A stretch of 63,266 nucleotides of DNA from assembly GCA_964610955.1 (NCBI GenBank), contig CAZSYV010000004.1, positions 2,596-65,861 of the forward strand. Reading direction: 5' to 3'. The DNA is from an uncultured Klebsiella sp. (GTDB lineage: Bacteria > Pseudomonadota > Gammaproteobacteria > Pseudomonadales > UBA5518). The notes beneath the pieces were generated by a model, which was not told the DNA's origin, did no database searches, and was given only the letters and a program-made list of their open reading frames with translations. The position numbers were made by a program, and so were the translations under genes. Of this stretch, positions 58,073 through 63,266 are shown piece after piece; within the stretch, counting starts at the first letter, position 1; every line of letters begins with the position of its first letter.

Positions 58073-59238
58073 CGCCCTTTCTCCTTCCTCGTCAGACCCG
58101 TGTACTTGCGGTATTCGTCCCACAGTCTTTCACGCAGCTCGGGATCCTTCTCCTTCATTGCCGCTTCGCGTATCTGACGTGCGACCACATCGTCCGCGCT
58201 GCCGTCGGGAATGTCCGCAGGCACGGCGGCGCTCGCCTGTCGGGCTGCACCCGGGCCACTGCGGCCCGAGGTGCCGTTCTGCGTCGTGGCGGTGCTCACT
58301 CCGCCTGGGGTGGCTGCCCCTGCAGAATCTGTTTCGCTGGTGACATCCGCTGTCCCGTATCCGGGCGAATCCTCGTTGCCGTCCTCGGGTGCGGAGGCGC
58401 CTTGTTCCATGCCCGCATGGCTTCCAGCCTTCTCTGCGCGCTCCATTGCGCGCGCACGCTCGCCGGCCAGCGTGTCATCGAAGCGTCCGAGCGATACGCC
58501 GAGTTCACGTTCGAGGCGGGCGACTTCGAGGGCTGCCGTACCCTGGGCACCGCTGCCGCTCGTGCCGACTTGCTGTGGGCTGCCCGTGCCAGCGCCAGTA
58601 TTCGTGCCTGCACTCGTGTGCCGTTGTGCCTCCGTGTCCTGCTGTCCGCCAGCCGTGCCTCGATGTCCACCAGCGGTGCCCTGTTGTCCGTCGGGTCCCT
58701 GCTGGTTGCGGTCATTCTCCACCCCAACTGCCGCTGTGTCGTTTCCTGACGTATTCCCGTCTGCCTGCGCTGGCGTTCCCGCGGCCGAGGTTGACTGGTG
58801 CTCGCGCATCGCCTCGAGTGCGGCGTCGAGCACATCCTGTTCGGCTTCGGCTTCAGTAGTACGCGAGGGGTGCTCCGGATCCTCCAGGGTGATCTCCTGA
58901 CTGTTCCCTGTATCGCTGTCTGCTGCCGCGGCAGTCGTTGCATTGGCTTCTGGCTGGTTCACTGGAGCCTGTGTGGCATCCCGTGATGACTCACCAGATG
59001 GTGAACCACGCTTGCCCTTGTCGCCTGCAGCGCCAGCCGATGGCGATGTGGAGGCGGCACTGCCTTGCTGAGACGGTGTTGGCGCCGGTGCAGATGACGA
59101 AGCCGAAGATGAAGCCCCGGCCGTTGGTGGTGTGGGTATTGAGGGTGCGGTACTGGTCGTCTTGCAGCCACCGAGCACGAGCAGGCAAAGCAGTCCTGCA
59201 AGGCGTGCGGACACGCAGTTCATCGGCCACTTCCTCAT
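58069..59238 (-). CDS. Low-complexity lipoprotein with a short helical C-terminal domain
   Basis: Lipobox 'VLGGC'; about 300 aa rich in Ala/Gly/Ser/Thr/Gln; ends 'DIPDGSADDVVARQIREAAMKEKDPELRERLWDEYRKY'. Confidence 0.75.
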   Translation of the reverse strand: MRKWPMNCVSARLAGLLCLLVLGGCKTTSTAPSIPTPPTAGASSSASSSAPAPTPSQQGSAASTSPSAGAAGDKGKRGSPSGESSRDATQAPVNQPEANATTAAAADSDTGNSQEITLEDPEHPSRTTEAEAEQDVLDAALEAMREHQSTSAAGTPAQADGNTSGNDTAAVGVENDRNQQGPDGQQGTAGGHRGTAGGQQDTEAQRHTSAGTNTGAGTGSPQQVGTSGSGAQGTAALEVARLERELGVSLGRFDDTLAGERARAMERAEKAGSHAGMEQGASAPEDGNEDSPGYGTADVTSETDSAGAATPGGVSTATTQNGTSGRSGPGAARQASAAVPADIPDGSADDVVARQIREAAMKEKDPELRERLWDEYRKYTGLTRKEKGR

Positions 59239-60479
59239 GGTGTGTACGAGTACTGGTAGTCAACGTTTTCGGTCGCTACCGGTTGACCGTTCTCGAAGCG
59301 CGGACGAAAGGTCGTGGTGGAGATTCGCCTGCGCAGGCGCTGCACTTCCCGCTCGCTCGCAGGAGGGGAGGACTCGAGAACCTGCATGCCGCTCGCCCTG
59401 CCGTTCTCGTTCACGCTGAAGCGCACGCTGATCCACCCCGTGTCGTCGTGCGGCATCGGCACCGCGCTGATGTCGGCCGGAAGCAGTGGCAGTGGACGCG
59501 GCTTGCCGAACACGACATCGCGTATCTGCGCCGCCTCGCTGCCGGAGCGTTCGCCGTGCGCCCAGGCTTCCTGATAGAGGCGCAGCGCGCTCTGGCGCCG
59601 AGCGAACAGCTGGTGCCAGTCGGCAAGTTCGGCAAGCGCCTCGCTGCGCTCGAGGGGGTTGCTCGTGGTGTCGCGATCAAGCAGGTCGGCAGCGCGGCGC
59701 AGCGCATCGCGCCCCGAGGCGAAACTGTTGGCGATTTGCGCCTGAATCGCCATCTGCTCGTTCTGCTCGCTGCCAAACCCCGTGCTTTCGCGCACCAATG
59801 GCGCCTGACCCGCGACGTAATAGTCGACCAGCGCGCGGCGGCGCAGTGCTTCGGCGATGCGTCGTTCCTGCGGGCCGTGGTTCGTCTCGAGGATGGTGAC
59901 CGCCGAGTCGTAGAACTGGCGCGCGCTCAACAGGTGCTGCACGGGATCCTTGCCGATCCCGTCGAGGTAGGCACGCATATGCCATGCGGAGAGCCGGTTG
60001 AGTACCGGCACCAGCCGTTCATCGTTGTCGCCGTAGTTGCGTCGATAGATGACGAATACCTGACGGTAGCGGTTCTGCACCTTTTCCCAGTCGCCAAGTG
60101 CCGCGTGGCTTTCGATCAGCCGCTCCAGTACCGGCAGGTCTGCGCGGCTGTACAGGCCTTCATTGATGCGTGTGATGTGTTCCGCGCGGCTCAGCGCAGC
60201 TACAGCCTCGGCGTGGCGACCCTGCTGCTGATACACGAGTCCGAGTCCGAGCAGTTCCTGCTGCAGCGCGGCAGCCCAGGCGCCGCCCTCGGCCTCGAGT
60301 GCCTGCACGCTGTCGAGATAACGCTGAACGGGTGCGGGCGCTTCCTGCTGGATGCGATCGCCCGCGGCGTCGGCAGCTCCTGCAATGGCGCCAGCCGACT
60401 GGAGCACGAGAGCGCAACCGACCGTGAGCGTGACCCACCGTCCGACACCACCAGGCGTACTGCGTTCGCCGCGAGACAT
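59235..60479 (-). CDS. TPR plus TonB C-terminal domain (energy transducer-like) protein
   Basis: N-terminal hydrophobic segment, TPR repeats, C-terminal 'GWISVRFSVNENGRAS.MQVLES.P..F.PRFENG.PV'. Confidence 0.85.
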   Translation of the reverse strand: MSRGERSTPGGVGRWVTLTVGCALVLQSAGAIAGAADAAGDRIQQEAPAPVQRYLDSVQALEAEGGAWAAALQQELLGLGLVYQQQGRHAEAVAALSRAEHITRINEGLYSRADLPVLERLIESHAALGDWEKVQNRYRQVFVIYRRNYGDNDERLVPVLNRLSAWHMRAYLDGIGKDPVQHLLSARQFYDSAVTILETNHGPQERRIAEALRRRALVDYYVAGQAPLVRESTGFGSEQNEQMAIQAQIANSFASGRDALRRAADLLDRDTTSNPLERSEALAELADWHQLFARRQSALRLYQEAWAHGERSGSEAAQIRDVVFGKPRPLPLLPADISAVPMPHDDTGWISVRFSVNENGRASGMQVLESSPPASEREVQRLRRRISTTTFRPRFENGQPVATENVDYQYSYTP

Positions 60480-60509
60480 ACGTTTTGCCTGCCACCCTGT
60501 CATGGCCGC

Positions 60510-60515
60510 ATTCTA
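60510..60515 (-). promoter_or_regulatory. Putative -10 (TAGAAT) of the TonB/vWA operon
   Basis: TAGAAT on the - strand 30 nt upstream of the ATG, followed by a GC-rich discriminator; a divergent TATAGT lies at 60578-60583. Confidence 0.35.
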
Positions 60516-60618
60516 GCGCCAGTGCACGGGTGCGGCGAGCACGTCGCTGCGCTGTGGTTCAGTCTCTGGTGAGGCGCTATAGTCGTTGCCTGTCCGGGTG
60601 TGAGTGGGGCGAGGATCG

Positions 60619-61032
60619 ATGCGGGTCGAAGAAGTCAACAAGGAACGGGTGCGGCGTTTTTTCGCCGCAATGAGTGCCGGTGACGTTGCTGCGCTGATCG
60701 ATGCCTATGACGATGAAGGTGCGGTATGGACCAGTGGACACACCCTCATTTCGGGCACCTTTCCGAAGGTGCGTATTCGCGAGGCGGCCGGGCGCATCTT
60801 CGAGGCCTTTCCTTCCGGGATCGAGTTCGTCATTCATGCGATGACGGCAGAGGGGGACCGGGTGGCGGTCGAGGCCGAATCGCGTGGACTGCACATCAGC
60901 GGCAAGCGGTACAACAATCTCTATCATTTCCTGTTCCGTTTTCGCGACGGGCGGGTGCTGAGCCTGCGTGAGTACATGGATACCGAGATGGTGACCGACG
61001 TACTATGCGGCGGACAGCGTCCGGCTCGCTGA
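60619..61032 (+). CDS. NTF2/SnoaL-like (ketosteroid-isomerase-like) protein
   Basis: 'N...VRRFF.A...GD', 'AEGDRVAVE', 'G..YNN.YHF.F..RDG.....REY.DT'. Confidence 0.9.
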   Translation: MRVEEVNKERVRRFFAAMSAGDVAALIDAYDDEGAVWTSGHTLISGTFPKVRIREAAGRIFEAFPSGIEFVIHAMTAEGDRVAVEAESRGLHISGKRYNNLYHFLFRFRDGRVLSLREYMDTEMVTDVLCGGQRPAR

Positions 61033-61082
61033 AGGGCGCGGATCGGTCGACACGAACCTTTGACAAACTGGAGAATCCTGCA

Positions 61083-61985
61083 ATGGCGAAATTCGGCCTC
61101 GCGCTGGGCATGTTCGGGGTGCACAACTACTTTGGCGGCGATGCCCGTGGCTACATCGAAGCCGCACGCCTCGCTGATGCGGCGGGCATCGACCAGGTGG
61201 TGTTCACCGACCACGTCGTGATGGGTGAGCAGACCGATCGCTACCCTTATGGCGCCTTTCCGCTGCCACCTGAAGCGCCCTGGTTCGAGCCGTTGACGCT
61301 GCTCTCGGCCATTGCGGCCGTGACCACGCGCATCGAGCTGGCGACCGGCATTCTGATCGCGCCGCTCAGGCCAGCCGCGCTGCTGGCGAAGATGCTTGCG
61401 ACCCTGGACACCCTTGCTCCCGGGCGGTTGCAGATCGGCATCGGCATTGGCTGGCAGCGTGAGGAGTTCGAGGCCGAGGGTCTCGATTTCGATCAGGCGT
61501 GGACGCTGCTCGACGATGGGGTGCGCGCGATGCAACTGCTGTGGCGTGAGGCACCGGCAAGCTTCCAATCGCAAACGGTGAACTTCAAGCGTATCTACAG
61601 CGTGCCATTCCCGCGAGATCGTTCGATTCCGCTGTGGTACGGCGTGAAGCCGACCGAGCGTCAGGCACGGCGCATCGCCGAACTCGGCGCGGGTTGGGTG
61701 CCGATCTCGACCGATGCGCAGTATGTGCGTGACGGTGTGCAACGCATCCGTGCCGCCTTTGTGGCCGCGGGGCGCGATCCGGCAACGCTGCGGGTGCGTG
61801 CCCACGTGCCGGTTCACTACGACGCCGGGCATCGTGGTGATTTCGAGCGTGCGGTTGCTGCGATTCCCGATCTGCTCGATGCCGGTGCCACCGTGATCGA
61901 GTTCGAGCACCATCCCTTCGTTCGCGACAAGGGCGAACTGGTGGAATTCTACGCGCGCCTCGCAGCGATCAAGGCGCGCTTCTGA
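61083..61985 (+). CDS. LLM-class F420-dependent oxidoreductase (TIGR03619-like)
   Basis: 'A..AD.AG.D....DHVV', 'EPL..LSAIAA.TTRIEL.TGILI.PLR', 'AK..ATLD....GRL..G.G.GW..EEF'; F420 biosynthesis genes occur in the same window. Confidence 0.85.
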   Translation: MAKFGLALGMFGVHNYFGGDARGYIEAARLADAAGIDQVVFTDHVVMGEQTDRYPYGAFPLPPEAPWFEPLTLLSAIAAVTTRIELATGILIAPLRPAALLAKMLATLDTLAPGRLQIGIGIGWQREEFEAEGLDFDQAWTLLDDGVRAMQLLWREAPASFQSQTVNFKRIYSVPFPRDRSIPLWYGVKPTERQARRIAELGAGWVPISTDAQYVRDGVQRIRAAFVAAGRDPATLRVRAHVPVHYDAGHRGDFERAVAAIPDLLDAGATVIEFEHHPFVRDKGELVEFYARLAAIKARF

Positions 61986-62016
61986 GGGGGAGGGGTGCTG
62001 GCGTGTGCCGGCGCGC

Positions 62017-63198
62017 TCAGCGCCGGCTGTACGCCGACATGCCGAGGCCGAACTGGGCGATCAGGTCGCGCATGACCTCGGCGACACCACCGCCGAAGGT
62101 GTTGATCTGGCACTTGCGGTAGTTTTCCTCGAGATCCCCGCCAATTGCGCCACCCGGTGAGCCACGACGCAGGCCTCCCGGCATTCCGGTCACGTTCAGC
62201 ATCAGCTTGTCCACCGCAATCAGGCACTCGGTGCTGTAGGCCTTGATCGCCGAAGCGAAGGCCGGATCCGGTTCACCGGTATCGAGCTGCCACGCCATGC
62301 GCCAGTTCATCAGCCGCATCGCCTCGAGCCGCGCATACACCTCGGCGAGTGTCGACTGGATCCACGGCAGCTCGGCAATGCGCTTTCCGCCCCCGGCGTC
62401 CGTGTTCTGTGCCCAGTTCAGCACACGCTGCAGCAGCCCCCAGCCCTGGATGCCGATGGCCGCCAGGCCGACGCGCTCGTGGTTGAGCTGTGAGGTGATC
62501 AGCTTCCAGCCGCCATTCAGCTCCCCGGCGATCATCGACGCGGGGCAGCGCACGTTGTCGTAGTAGCTGGCGTTGCTGCGCACGCTGCCGACCGTGTAGA
62601 GCGGCGTGAAGGAGAAGCCGGGCTCCCTTGCATCGACCATGAAGATCGTGATGCCCTTGTGCGGGGGCTGGACCTGGGGATCGGTGCGCGCGGCAAGCCA
62701 GATGTAGTCGGCCGCCTCGGCGCTGCTGGTCCATACCTTGCTGCCATTGATGATGTAGTCATCGCCTTCGCGTACGGCGGAGGTCTTCAGCGAGGCGAGG
62801 TCGGTCCCGGCACCGGGCTCCGTGTAGCCGATCGCGAAGTGCAGCTCGCCAGCGGCGATCTTCGGCAGAAAGAACGCCTTGTGTTCTTCGGAGCCTCTGG
62901 CGATCAGCGCCGGGGCGACCGTGTTGATCGTCACGAAGGGCAACGGAACCTCGGCCAGTTGTGCCTCTTCGAAGAACACCAGCTGTTCCGAGCTCTTTCG
63001 GCCCTGGCCACCGTATTCCCTGGGCCAGCCGAGCGCGAGCCAGCCGTCCTCGCCGAGACGGCGGATCACGCTCTTGTAGGCATCTCCGCCCTCGTTGCCG
63101 CGCGTCGCCTCGCGCAGCTCGGGCGTCATCAGCTGGCTGAAGTAGGCGCGCAGTTCGTGGCGCAGCTCTTTCTGTGCGTCGGTGTAATCGATGTGCAT
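62017..63198 (-). CDS. Acyl-CoA dehydrogenase, FadE26/ChsE4-like steroid side-chain type
   Basis: 'M.I.YT..Q.ELR.ELR.YF..LMTPE.RE', 'HF.IGY.EPGAGTDLA', 'QLNHERV.L', 'TFGGG..EV.R' follow M. tuberculosis FadE26 as recalled. Confidence 0.88.
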   Translation of the reverse strand: MHIDYTDAQKELRHELRAYFSQLMTPELREATRGNEGGDAYKSVIRRLGEDGWLALGWPREYGGQGRKSSEQLVFFEEAQLAEVPLPFVTINTVAPALIARGSEEHKAFFLPKIAAGELHFAIGYTEPGAGTDLASLKTSAVREGDDYIINGSKVWTSSAEAADYIWLAARTDPQVQPPHKGITIFMVDAREPGFSFTPLYTVGSVRSNASYYDNVRCPASMIAGELNGGWKLITSQLNHERVGLAAIGIQGWGLLQRVLNWAQNTDAGGGKRIAELPWIQSTLAEVYARLEAMRLMNWRMAWQLDTGEPDPAFASAIKAYSTECLIAVDKLMLNVTGMPGGLRRGSPGGAIGGDLEENYRKCQINTFGGGVAEVMRDLIAQFGLGMSAYSRR

Positions 63199-63235
63199 GG
63201 CGTTCGGTGCTCCGGTCGATCGTTGTGCGACATGA

Positions 63236-63261
63236 TATTGAAACTGGATTCAATTTCAATA
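63236..63261. promoter_or_regulatory. AT-rich nested palindromes upstream of the FadE26-like gene; KstR-box-like
   Basis: TGAAACTGGATTCA (63239-63252) matches TnnAACnnGTTnnA at 7 of 8 positions; ATTGAA..TTCAAT arms at 63237-63254; TATTGAAA-N10-TTTCAATA at 63236-63261. Confidence 0.5.
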
Positions 63262-63266
63262 AGAAT

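Overview
High-GC (roughly two-thirds by eye) gammaproteobacterial chromosomal window with Pseudomonadales/Cellvibrionales-like gene order. All family calls come from motifs I can read in the translations plus recalled family knowledge; no database searches were run. Layout: (1) 1-6885, a DUF1302 / DUF1329 / YCF48-like / MMPL-RND envelope transport operon, with the first gene cut by the window edge; (2) 6861-13856, lipid and storage genes (PHA-system protein, rubredoxin, acyl-CoA dehydrogenase pair, APH-AAA kinase, PhaD-like TetR divergent from a phasin, Rv3549c-like SDR); (3) 13990-19540, an F420 operon (npdG-cofE-cofD-cofC-fbiC); (4) 19556-46229, a mostly housekeeping backbone (ung, HDOD, ygfZ, sdhE, ygfX, nadB, rpoE-rseABC-mucD, lepA-lepB-DUF4845-rnc-era-recO, cysM-relA-mazG, adk, hemH, tsaB, trpS), with a Lys-rich histone-like gene and small orphans; (5) 48100-60479, a tightly coupled 11-gene minus-strand operon encoding a MotA/TolQ/ExbB channel, two vWA proteins with ExbD-like Asp-bearing anchors, a TPR-TonB_C protein, a degenerate Hsp70-NBD/FHA protein, PEGA/TPR and PEGA/FGE-fold proteins and three lipoproteins; (6) 60619-63266, an NTF2/KSI-like protein, an F420-dependent LLM oxidoreductase and a FadE26/ChsE4-like dehydrogenase with a KstR-like palindrome upstream. 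Block 5 is the best candidate for an uncharacterised system, a proton-motive-force-driven envelope machine. The second theme is F420-supported steroid or hydrophobic-substrate catabolism. No rRNA, tRNA, CRISPR array or mobile element was recognised.
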